From NCBI RefSeq assembly GCF_018977255.1, contig NW_024704743.1, forward strand, positions 5,024,001 through 5,088,000: a stretch of DNA of 64,000 nucleotides, written 5' to 3'. How positions within the stretch are numbered: the stretch's first letter is position 1; every line of letters begins with the position of its first letter. Under the pieces are notes generated by a model that was given only the letters and a program-made list of their open reading frames with translations, ran no database searches and was not told where the DNA came from. Source of the DNA: Callorhinchus milii (taxonomy: Eukaryota). Positions 1 through 11,160 of the stretch are shown here, piece by piece. The position numbers and the translations under genes are program-made.

Positions 1-392
1 CGCAACTGGCTGCCGTGTTTTGCCCACAAAATATACAGTCAATAGATTTTACAGTGTAATGTGTGAAGCGCTTTGGGACATCTTGACAACGTGATGAGGC
101 GCTATATCAAATGCAAGTATTATTGTCACAACCATCCTTATTTTAACCATCACCAAAAAGCTGGCAACTGCCCAGTGACAGGTTCGGAGTTGCCGTGGGC
201 CATCTTAATTCCTCCTCTAAGTAGGTTTAACTTCACCCTTTCGCACAAACGTTTCACCAGCGATTGCCTGAGACACTGCCGGGAGCTGAATGCCCGGTAA
301 CGTGATAATTAGCACTTGTAGTAGTTTTGACACTGAATGTGGCAGTTACACCTCAATGTTTGCATACAATCAGACTTTACACTGCCCTATTC

Positions 393-672
393 AACAACTT
401 GCATTCATATAGCACCCCTTAACATAGGGTAGTGTCCCAGTGCGCTTGACAGTGGCGGAGCACAATGCCGAGCCGGAGGGAAGACGAGAGGTGACCGTAG
501 GTGTCCATAGGCATAGCCGAAGAGGAAGGTCCTGAAGATGGGGAAGGAAGGGGGCGAGGCTGAGGGATTGAGGGAGGGTGTTCCAGAGTTTTGGGGCACA
601 GTGGCTGAAAGTCCAGCCACCGATGGTTGAACGGAGGGCACGAGGGACAAGCAAGGAGAGCGGTACCAGTCA
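393..672 (-). mobile_element. L2 LINE 3' fragment (subfamily B)
   Basis: ORF2 C-terminus GGWTFSHCAPKLWNTLP, tail stem-loop and (TTG)n end. Confidence 0.8.
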
Positions 673-1762
673 AGCCAAGGCAACCCAACGGGTATCGGTT
701 TCCGTGCTGTACAATCTTTCTAAATCTGGGTACAATTTTTAAAATCTTTGAAATCGCACTGTACAAGACCACTTCAGTTTCACAACACAGTGTTCAGTGC
801 CGGAAGCCTTCTGTCCTCCGCGATATTCACTCGTAGCCAAAAACGAACAAAGCTGTCATCTGTGAACTCAAACTGTTTATGTTACGCAGAGTAACACAGG
901 CTGGGGCTGGACGCTCATAGAGGAAAAGACACATCTCTGGATTCTAAAGATGGCTAGTGACCTCACTGAGCCTCTTGATCCGTTCCTCCCTTGTAGTGCA
1001 CTCCAAAGGCTTTTGTAGCGTTGTTCCATATGTGTCAATTAACCCTTAGAGTTTCTCCCAGTTTCCTGGCCGATAATCCCCCATATATAAAAAAATGTTT
1101 GATTTCCTTCACTGATATTTGTGGACATTTAACTTCCACCTGAACAGGCAGACGGAGCCTCAGTTTAACGTCTTATGCAGTGCTTTGCAGTGTCAACATT
1201 GACTGCATGAGTTCAGAGTCATGATGTGGTGCTTGGACACACAATGACCAACGGCACTCTGAGACAGAATCCTGCGTGAAGGGTGTAATATATGAACGCC
1301 AGTTGTGGTTCATCTGACTCAGAGGTGAGAGTGCTGCCAGCTAAACCTGAAAACTAGAAGTGAATGCTGCTGAAGATAGAAATTCGCCCACAGCCCCCGA
1401 GGGTGTTTGTGTTGTGCCCTCAAAGCCAGTTTTGACAGGAGCGGAGAGCAGTATTTCTGCCAACAATACGAGAGCAGGAGGCACATGCAACCTTATCTCT
1501 TTCATAGTCTACGGCAGCTTTAACATTTTCCCCAGCTGAAGAGAGACCCTGATGTTCCAGTCGATCTTCAGCCTTGCCATAGAAGCTCTCAGCCTGCGTC
1601 AGCCGAGGGCTACATCAGACAGTGGTTCCGACACAGATTTAGTGCTTGTGTGGCGTACGCGAAACACGCACAAACACACACCGCTCAGCACAAACGTCAC
1701 TTTGAGGATGAACACATTCAGCTCAGCAACCGTAACCAAAGGTTTACAACCGGAAAAATGTT

Positions 1763-2152
1763 GGGAGTCCTGTAGTGTAGTGGTTAGAGCACTCGCCTCG
1801 CAAGCGAGAGGACCTGGGTTCAATTCCTGCGCAAGGTGAAACCTTAAGCAAATTTCCTGACTCCACACGCCTCTGTTTGCCTAGCAGTAAGTAGGAACCC
1901 GGTTGTTAATCGATTGGTGGATCGCTTTCCGGGGGTAATAATCCCTCAAAAAAATAATTGGGTCACTCAATCCACAACTGTTTGTGGGACGCTGCACAAT
2001 TGGCTGCCGCGTTTCGCCCACAAAATCCATAATAATCCTTGCATTTGATACAGCGCCTTATCACACTTTACAATATATTCTGTGAACCGCTTTGAGACTT
2101 TTCAACAGTTTGATAAGGCGCTGTATCAAATGCAAGGATTATTATTATTATT
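1763..2152 (+). mobile_element. tRNA-derived CORE/Deu chimeric SINE, long form, with an internal inverted copy of its own tail
   Basis: tRNA-like head with A/B boxes, CORE-like ACCTTAAGCAAATTTCCT...GCCTCTGTTT, L2-like tail ending (ATT)n. Confidence 0.85.
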
Positions 2153-3445
2153 CTGTTTCAAACGCTAGTCATGGTGTATCCTTAAACCGGTCTGGCTTGG
2201 TTGGTGCTATTCGAAAAGTTTTGTCTCCTGAAAAGAAAGGGTTTTCTCCTGGTGTCTGAGCCGACAATTTCTGCAGACAATCAATTGGTAATTCACTTCA
2301 TGGCTGTTTGTGCGGCATTTGCTGTGCGCAAATTGGCTGTTGCAGTTCCCTATGAAATATATAGTCACTGCACTTCATAGGAAAACTGTGTGAAGCACTT
2401 TGTGGTGTTTCGACATGATTATCATGGCAATAATAGCCTTTGCATTGGGTGTAGCGCCTTTCATGTCAGAAGGACGTCTCAAAGCCCTTCACAAAAGTGT
2501 GGTGACTGTACGCTTTGTGGGCGATAAGGCGCAAGGATTATCAAATGCAAGGATTATTACTTCTCTTCAGCCAAGGTGGTGTCCGTCATACACTTTTACT
2601 CTTCCTGGTGAAAGTATCTGACAATCCAATTGACACTTGTGAAGTACCTTTCATGTCAGGAGGACACTTCAAAGTGCTTAAACATCACAAAGAGAATCCA
2701 GGTTGTGGGCAAACTCGATGTGTGAGAATGTTCTGTGGGGGGGGGCTTTACACAGTGTGCTGTAGATAGATCTATGGGGGGATGGAGAGGCTGAGCCCCT
2801 ATGGTTGTGGACAAACTGTTTAATAATAAAACCAGAACAGATTTTGTGGTAACTTGCAAGCAAGGTTTTACATTGATGCAAAGCTGTGCTCTGCCATAGA
2901 GTGATGGAACACAGGTTCATGTCTCCAGTTCCCCGACCACGTGATAAGATTGAAAACGTAAGCCAATGGCTAAAAATAGACACTTATCATGACAACGGGA
3001 AACCCTTGGCAGAGACACTTCGGCTGAGGAACCTCAGGGCCCGCTCCTGCTCTTCCTAGTGGCTGCCATCGGAATAATAAACTGCGAGCAAGGTGTCCTA
3101 CCATTAGCCTCTTTGCCAGGGAAATCTGATGAACGCACGGGTAATAACAATCCTGGCATTTTGGCATAGCATCTTTCATGTCGGGAGGACATCCCAAAGT
3201 TGCTTTACAGGGCGTACCAGAAAGAGCAGTGGCCTTGTGTTCTGTGGGCAAATGCAAGGAGAGTAAAAGACCTATTTAGAAATTTACAACACAGAAGAAG
3301 ACCATTCGGGCCATTATATCCATACCGGCTCTTTTAAGAGCAATCATTTCAGTCCCATTTTACCTGCCCTTTCTCCATGCTCTTGTAGTTGACTCCTGTA
3401 GTTCCCTTTTAATATTCAGAATTTCTAGACTTGAAAAGGTGTCAG

Positions 3446-3710
3446 TGGAGCCCTGTAGGGTAATGGTTAGAGCACTCAGCTCCCAAGCGAGAGGACCCGA
3501 GTTCAATTCCCGGGCAGGGCAATACCTTAGACAAGTTTGTTTACTCCACATGCCTCTGTTTACCTAGCAGTAAATAGGAATCCAGTTATTAGTCGATTGG
3601 CGGATCTGGGGGTAATAATGCCTTCATATGTAAAAAATGTTGGTCACTCAATCCACGACGGTTTGTGGGACATTGCTGTGTGCGCAAATTGGCTGCTGAT
3701 ATTGCATAAA
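3446..3710 (+). mobile_element. CORE/Deu SINE, long form, 3'-truncated, just upstream of exon 5
   Basis: Same head and CORE segment as the other copies. Confidence 0.8.
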
Positions 3711-3800
3711 ACTCTTTGCGTGCTCTTTACTGACTGTCCTTTGCAATCGCTCATGATGCAGCTACGTGAAAGACTGACTGTTCGCTCTGTTTTATTAAAG

Positions 3801-3898
3801 GATACTTTCTTCGTGCTAGCGAAGGCCATTTATACATTTGGACACAGCGTTTCCTTGGTTGCCCTCACCACCGGATCTGCTATTCTTATTCTCTTCAG
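3801..3898 (+). CDS. VIPR2: VPAC2-like class B1 GPCR, exon equivalent to human exon 5 (TM1): DTFFVLAKAIYTFGHSVSLVALTTGSAILILFR
   Basis: Acceptor tttattaaag| and donor |gtgaga; 98 nt, phase 0 to 2; resembles VPAC2 TM1 ITFYILVKAIYTLGYSVSLMSLATGSIILCLFR. Confidence 0.9.
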
Positions 3899-6546
3899 GT
3901 GAGAAATTGTACATTTACCGTTGCCTTCAGTAAGCCCTGAAAATTCCACCTAGTCTCAGCCTATAAGACCGTTCTGTTTAGAAATTTTAAGATTTACATT
4001 GATTGTTCTGCACTGAGACAGACCATTTGGCCCAAACAGTCTATGCCACTGTTTATACTCCACGCAAGTCTCTACCCCTCCTTACCCACTCCCAAACACC
4101 TCCATTCCCCACTCCTTCATGTGTAAATCTTGCTTCCTCTTAAATGCACTCAACATTATCTGATTGAACCATTTGGACAGAGAGTCCCACATTCTCACTA
4201 CCCTCTGCGTGAAGTGGTTCCTCCTAAAATCTCTCTCAGATCCTCTAGTCGCTATCTTATACTTGTGTTCCCAGCTGATGAGTGGAATTGCGTGGAATTT
4301 TTGGAAAACTCACTGATTCAAATAACTGAAATCAAATCCGAATTTGAAAACAAACATTTTCCTTTCTTCAAAGAACCTGTGGAAAATCAGCTTCCGAATC
4401 AAGACCGAATTTAAGAATTTTCTACAATTCCCCACTAATTTAAATTTTAATTTTAAACGATTATTCTCCTTGCGTTTATTATTTACGTCCTTCGGATGAG
4501 ACATTAAACAGAGGTCCCATCTGCCGGTTTCGGTGGATGCTAAAGATCCCGTGGCACTATTCGAAAAGAGAAGGGAGTTTCTCCCGGTATCCTGGCCAAC
4601 AATCCCCCAAATAAAATTGGTTTCATTTGGTAACTGTCTACCACGTTTCGCCCACAGAATACATCAGTTAATTCACTTTGCGTTATATCCTGTGAAGTGC
4701 TTTGAAACATTTCAACGACGTGATTAGGTCCTATATCAGATTATTACTATAATATAATAAATTTTAGTATCCCCGCATTAAATACACTTGATACCCAAAT
4801 AGCTTCCGCAGGATGTTCAGCTTTTGGGCTACCAGCTCTGGCAAACAGCCATCACAATGTTTTGGAGAGGAAGGGGGAGAGAGGAGGGAGAAGGGGGAGG
4901 TGGGGTAGTGGCTATGAGAGGAACACAATAGGGAATACAATTCCGCCCATGGCATGGTCTTTCCATGTTGATTGTGTTTTGTCCTGTTAGTCATATTAAA
5001 TGGCCCACGGTTCCCTCAGTTACAAGAGTTATATTTCTGACGTACCGCTTCAATAAAGCGAGTGGGAGTTTCATTGGAGAGATGTCCCTGATAATATTAT
5101 TTTAATTGAAATGATTAATTTATTTTCCCTGAGGCACAGCTTTCTTATCAGATTTGTCTTATACATTGTTCCCCTTTACTTACGCCTTGATAGACACAGA
5201 TCCAGGCTTGTTCAAGGTCCGCTGGAAACAGTACACATTGCAGAGTAGCACCTGGCTTACTCTTGGATTCTTTGCTTTACCATCAGTAGTGAATGTCTAC
5301 GTGGAAATACGGATGCTTGTGAACAAATGGTAGACAGCACTGGCACATTCATCTTGGAGTCCCTCCGCCTCGCCCCCTCCTCTGACTCCTTCAAGGCCCG
5401 TCTCAAGACCTTCTTTTTCGATCGTGCTTTAAATCATCTTCCCGCCTCCACCCCCTTGCCCAACATCCCTCTCTGATCCCAACCCGCAGCTCAGGTTCAA
5501 ACCCCTCACTGTCCAGCACTTTGGGGCATCCTCCTGACGTGAAAGGTGCCATATAAATGCAATTTGTTGTTGTTGTCTGAAATTTTTAAGATCTTAAATA
5601 TTAAAATAAAATGGTCTTACAGGCTAAGGCTAGGTGGAATTTGGGGCATCTAAATTGCAAGATTTGCAAAAGATGGGCAGCTAGCTAATTTCATACGTGT
5701 CTGGTTGTCCAGAACCAAATCATCAGAAACTCTATTAGTTTCTCTCTCAACCACCATTCACAGCTCCTACTTCTGCCAAACCTCGACTGTGGTTAAACGA
5801 ATCTTCTGAGAGATTAAAAAAAAATTAGGGTCATTCAATCCACAACCATTTGTGGGACACTGCTGTGTGAAATTGGCTGCCATGTTTCACCAACAAAATA
5901 CACAGTCAATTCACTTTAGGGTGTATTCTGAGAAGTGCTTTGAGATGTTTCAATAATGTGATAAGATGCTATATCAAATGCAAGGATTATTATTATTATT
6001 AAGTTACACCTAGCCATTGTAATGGTCTTCCAGGCTGAGACGATGTGAAATTTCAGGCTTCTATTTCCCTGCTGGAGATCAGAGTCCAAGCTGAGGTCAG
6101 AAGAATTGGCCTCCAAGACATCTGAGTACATCTGCATGTATTGTGTTGCCTGGGTATTAATACCCATCCTTCAGATGAGACGTTAAACTGAGATCCCGTC
6201 TACCTGTTCGGGTGGACATTAAATATTCCTTAGGATATCCTATGGGGTATTTATAAGAGAAAGTCTTAAAATGCTTAATTAATAGCTAATATAAAGTTTC
6301 CAATATTGCTATTGATCAGTAGTTTTCTCCTGATCTGACTTCGGTGGCTCTTGTCTGTGTGGCATTTGGGAATGTCCTCTTTGAAACCCAACATCACCAA
6401 ACAAGGGCTAAAAAGCAGTTGGTAACCTTCTATGCTTAAAACAGCCTGTGGCTTAAAATAAGCAAGATTATGATTCATACAATAAATTTTAAAGCTAGGA
6501 GATATTGCCCTCATGGTATAAAATTCCTTACTTTGTTTTTGTTATA

Positions 6547-7084
6547 ATCTAGGCTCGATTATGCTAACTCCCTGCTTGTCAGTCTACCCAACTCCTTCCT
6601 CCACAAACTGCAGATTATTCAAACTCTGCAGCTCGTGTCCTCTCCCGCACCGATGTCTGTGAACCTATCACCCCCATTCCCCCTTTGATAAGAGTTCAAA
6701 ATCCTCATCCTCGCTTTCAAACCCACCATGTCCTTGCTCCTTCCAATCTGCTAACCCCATATCAACCTGTCCGCTCCCTCCACTCAGCGAACTCTGGCCT
6801 GTTCCACGTCCCCCCAACCTGTCCACCGAACCATCGACAGTCGGGCTTTCAGCCTTTCACTCTTTGAAACTCCGTCCCACCGTCCCTTCGCCTCTTTCCC
6901 TCCCTTGCCTGGTTCAAGGCCCATCTCAAGACCTCCTCTTCGATCATACCTTCAGTCATTCTCCTACCCCTACCCTCCCTGCCTTCTACCCAATCCCCAG
7001 CTCGGGTGCAAATCCTTGACTGTCCAGTACCTTGGGACATCCACCCGACATGAAAAGCGCTGTACAAATGTAATTTGTTGTTGT
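6547..7084 (+). mobile_element. L2 LINE 3' fragment (subfamily A)
   Basis: SRLDYANSLL / QNSAARVL-type decayed ORF2 end, tail ending (GTT)n. Confidence 0.8.
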
Positions 7085-7148
7085 AAAATTCACCTCTTAC
7101 AAGACTTTAGGTTTATCTTTCAAATGATTTCTCTTTTTCTGAATGCAG

Positions 7149-7284
7149 AAAACTTCATTGTACTCGGAACTACATCCACCTGAATCTCTTTTTCTCTTTC
7201 ATTTTGCGGGCAATATCTGTTTTCCTGAAGGATGGTGCCCTGTTTTCAGACGACAGTTCCCTTGAATGTGAGGAAGCATCGATG
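7149..7284 (+). CDS. VIPR2: VPAC2-like exon 6 (ICL1-TM2-ECL1): [45 protein letters not shown]
   Basis: gaatgcag| ... |gtaggt; 136 nt, phase 2 to 0; secretin-family motif [14 protein letters not shown]; not in the ORF track, read directly from DNA. Confidence 0.92.
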
Positions 7285-7832
7285 GTAGGTCAGAGGACTT
7301 GTCTTCTTCATGCTTTAGAGCTACAATGTAGTAACATAGACGCGTTAACCTATACTCCAGTGTGAGAGGGAGAAATACCATATACTCGAGTGTGAGAGGG
7401 GAGAAATAACATACACTCTGGCAGAGAGAAGCTGGCCTCTCAATGGACACATCTGGTAGAGCTACAGACTGATCACGGAATTGGGGGATTAGCAGTTTTG
7501 CTTGTAAATTGAAATATCATTCATGACTAAAGCAATGGAGAGACTTGACATAGTAAATCCGTGAAGCACTTTGAGACTTTGAAAGGTGCTGTGTGTAATA
7601 CAGGGGATTATTTGCTTTTTCTGAATTAACCACGGGATTACAGGCAATTCTGAAACAAATTGTACTTATTGTAATTGTATATTACATTAGTTACGGGTAG
7701 CTGTGTAAATGACACAGGGTTAGCTCATAGCTCACAGTCCACACGTGGGCTATTTGCACAACCCGCATTTTCAGCCTCAAGTTCTGTTCAGCTGAACGTT
7801 GGCTGAGTGTTCTTCTGCTTGTTTGATTATAG

Positions 7833-7983
7833 GTCGGCTGCAAAGCTATACTTGTGTTCTTCCAGTACTCCATCATCGCTAATTTCTATTGGCTGCTGGT
7901 GGAAGGGCTGTACCTGCAAACACTCTTGCTGTTCTTTTTCTCAGAAAATAAGTACTTTGCTGTCTACATTCTGATCGGATGGG
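7833..7983 (+). CDS. VIPR2: VPAC2-like exon 7 (TM3-ICL2-TM4): VGCKAILVFFQYSIIANFYWLLVEGLYLQTLLLFFFSENKYFAVYILIGWG
   Basis: gattatag| ... |gtaatg; 151 nt, phase 0 to 1; class B motifs NFxWLLVEGLYL and IGWG. Confidence 0.92.
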
Positions 7984-8084
7984 GTAATGGATTTTTGTAC
8001 ATATAGATATATATATATATAAAAAAATTGTCATCGGATTCGGTTTTATCTGAAATCACTGCTAATTGCTTTCGTAGAGTGACA

Positions 8085-8515
8085 ATCTGGCTCAATTGGT
8101 CGAAGCGCTCTAGCCTCTGAGACAGGAGGTTGTGGGTTCAAGCCCCGTGTCAGGTTTTAGAACTCATATGGTCTAAGCTGACTCTCCAATGCAATGCTGG
8201 GGGTGTACTGCATTGTTGGAGGTGCTGTGCTTCGGGTGAGACATTAAACTGAACTCCCGTCTGCCTGTTCAGGTGGTTGTTAAAAGATCCCTTGGCATTA
8301 TTCAAAAAGAGAATGGAGTTTCTCCCAGTATCCTGGCCAACAAACCCCTCGAATAAAATCGTTCATTCGCTTTACGGCTGTTTGTGGGACAGATTGTCTG
8401 CCACCTTCACCCACAAAACACACAGTTGCTGCACTTTATACTATATCGTGTAAAGGATTTTGGGACGTCCACCTAATACGAAAGGTGCTTTACCGAATGT
8501 AAGCATTATTGTTAT
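8085..8515 (+). mobile_element. Deu-domain SINE (SacSINE1/AmnSINE1-like), near full length
   Basis: tRNA-like head (GGCTCAATTGG...GGTTCAAGCCCC), Deu-type body GGAGGTGCTGTGCTTCGGGTGAGACATTAAAC...AAAGATCCCTTGGCATTATTC, L2-like tail. Confidence 0.8.
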
Positions 8516-8557
8516 AACATTATGGTTTGACTGAAATTAACACAATTTTTTTATTAG

Positions 8558-8618
8558 GTATGCCAACCCTCTTCACAGTAGTCTGGACCCTCACAAGGGT
8601 TTATCTGGAGGACACTGA
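8558..8618 (+). CDS. VIPR2: VPAC2-like exon 8 (TM4-ECL2): MPTLFTVVWTLTRVYLEDTD
   Basis: ttttattag| ... |gtgagt; 61 nt, phase 1 to 2; resembles VPAC2 LPTVCIGAWTAARLYLEDTG. Confidence 0.9.
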
Positions 8619-8976
8619 GTGAGTAATGGGAACTAATGTTAAACAGAGGACGCTGGCATGGTAACTTTATTCTGCTCTAACTCAGCATCACTGATATGAT
8701 TAGACAAACTAAGGCTCTTCAGTCTTGAAAGGAGACCTAATAGAGGTAGCAAGATTTTAATTGATATTGAGAGAGTGAGTGAGCCCTGGACATACTTTGG
8801 GAAGCACCAGACTGCAGAACAGGGCAATTTCACGACAGACAAACTATGTTCAGGATGTATTTTTTTACCCAATGGGTAGTTAACGGTAGGTTACCAGGAA
8901 GCGTGGTTGCGGCCAGGACTCATTTAAAAAGAAACGTCTGGATGCTGTGATGGGTGGACAGTCAGATGGATATGGA

Positions 8977-9738
8977 ACCTCCCAGCTCCACCTTCTTGTC
9001 CATCTACTCACAGACATCGTAAATCTCTCCCTGTCCACTGGCACCATTTCCACCCATTTAAAAATGGCCGCTTTCTCTCCTATCCTTAAAAAAACCCTCC
9101 CTGGACCCAACCCTGCGCTCAAATTACCGTCCCATCTTAAACCTCCCTTTCCTTTTCAAGGTCCTGGAATGAGTTGTTGCTTCCCAGCTTCTCTCCTTCC
9201 TCTCCCGGCACTCCTTTCACGAACCCCTCCTGCCATCCATGGCACAGAAACAGTTCTGGTCAAAGTGACAAATGACATTTAAGACCAGGGATCCCACTGC
9301 CTCCTCATCCTCCTTAACCTCTCTGCTGCCTATGATACTATTGACCACTCTATCCTCCTCCACCGCCTCTCCTCTCACCTCAACCTTCAACCCCTACCAA
9401 CCTGTCCACACCCTCCACTCAGTCGGCTCTTGCCTGCTTCACGTCCCCCACCTCACCCGCCTCATCATTGGCATGCGGGCCTTCAGCCACTCTGCCGCCA
9501 CCCTCTGGAACTCCATCCCACAGTCCTTCCGCCTCGCCCCCTCCCTTGCCTCCTTCAAGATCCGTCTCAAAACCTTCCTCTTCGACCGTGCCTTCGATCA
9601 CCCTCCTTCCCCCTCCTCTGGCCTCCACCCTCCCTGATCCCGACCCCCAGCTCGGGTACAAAACACTGATTGTCCAGCGCCTTGGGACATCCTCCCACCA
9701 TGAAAAGTGCTATACAATTGTAATTTTTTTGTTGTTGT
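8977..9738 (+). mobile_element. L2 LINE (subfamily A), internally deleted
   Basis: RT N-terminal motifs (HGTETVLVKVTNDI) joined to the ORF2 end AFSHSAATLWNSIP and tail. Confidence 0.85.
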
Positions 9739-10047
9739 ATTCTGGAAGGATGAGTTCAGTCGAAGGGTCTTCTTTATTTAATAATCCTTGCATTTGATAT
9801 AGTGCCTCATTACATCTTCGAGATGTCTCGAAGCCCTCGACAGAATATACTTTGTACTTCTCTTGTGACATTGTGAAGCTCATAAGAAATCAAAACCACA
9901 CTGAAGGGGCCCATATTGAATGCAAAGATTATTATTGTTATTTTATTGTTAATATCTCTGACCTCTAAAGGTCAATGAAGGCATCTTGTTTTGGTTGCAG
10001 TGTTTGGACTGTAATTTACTCCTGTATATCTTCACATTGTTATTCAG

Positions 10048-10117
10048 CTGCTGGGACACCAACCGTCACATAATTCCATGGTGGACTATCAGTGGGCCAA
10101 TTCTATTGTCTATTATA
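10048..10117 (+). CDS. VIPR2: VPAC2-like exon 9 (ECL2-TM5): CWDTNRHIIPWWTISGPILLSII
   Basis: ttattcag| ... |gtaagt; 70 nt, phase 2 to 0; CWDTN..PWW as in VPAC2. Confidence 0.92.
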
Positions 10118-10282
10118 GTAAGTAATGAATTCAAAACTTTAACTTTACCGGGTTCGGATCTATGGCGTATGAGAATTTGACTGCGGTAGGAAATAAATTT
10201 ATAGATAGACTTCTTGCCTCAAACCCTCCTCCTCGCCACCTCTATCTATCTTTAATTCCCACCTGAAGCCCTACCTCCAAGA

Positions 10283-10606
10283 CAACAACAAAAACAACAA
10301 ATTACACTTGCATAGCACCCTTCACATTGGCAAGACATCCCAGGGTGCTGGACAGTCAGGGGTTTTTGGACCCAAGCTGGGCGTTGGGGTCAGGAGGGGT
10401 GAAGGGTAAGGGGGGTGGGGGTGGGAGAGTGGCTGAAGGCACGATCAAAGAGCAAGGTCTTTAGATGGGACTTGAAGGAGGCAAGAGAGGGGATGAGGCG
10501 GAGGGATTGCAGGATAGAGTTCCAGAGGATGGGGGCAGAGGTGCTGAATGCCCGGCTGCCATGGTGAGGCGGGAAGTGCGGGGGGACCTGAAGCAAGCCG
10601 GTGTCC
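10283..10606 (-). mobile_element. L2 LINE 3' fragment (subfamily A)
   Basis: RAFSTSAPILWNSI...FKSHLKTLLFDRAF on the minus strand; (CAA)n start on +. Confidence 0.85.
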
Positions 10607-10629
10607 ACACCACTGATTATCTGACGCCA

Positions 10630-11160
10630 GGCGGTGGCCATAGTGCTCAAGGGCGCTGCTGATGACGGAATAGCCAATCTTGCTTGTCAGCAAGTCTTGG
10701 AAAGCCAACTAGTCACTGGGGTCAGAGATACTTCCTGCTCAAACCCTGTAGCCGAAAACTTAATGGGTAGGGGGGACCTTGCTGGACAAACAGTGTGATT
10801 GTTTTTTCCATAGCAAGCCATGTGGTTTTAGCTGGTTAAACTCCAGCAGAACCCCAACGCACACTTTGGGGGTTCCCAAGCCTTGCTAACTCAAGCATAC
10901 AGCAGCACGAATCGAATAATATTTCTTAAAATAATGATCAAAGCATTTGGTGTCATGCCTTATCATGTCGCCTACGCCTCATACTCTCCGGAAATAGGTA
11001 AGCACAGTGTGTACCTCCAGGGTCCAAGTGCGCATTGCATTCCAGACGCAGGGAAATTTCCATCTCTAGAGTAGCATACATATGTGGAACTCTCAGTTTG
11101 GTTTGGATATTTTTAAGCATGGTGATGGGTTTCCATGTGTGTCAGATACCCGGCTGACCA
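10630..11160 (+). repeat. Unclassified interspersed repeat, copy A
   Basis: Aligns by eye with 58735-59255 (+) and 38110-38555 (-). Confidence 0.7.

Noticed and set aside
1..3800. Search for receptor exons 1-4 (signal peptide and Cys-rich hormone-binding domain)
   Set aside because: No CP..WD..CW or NCT..GWS-type exon with splice sites was found; probably upstream of the window
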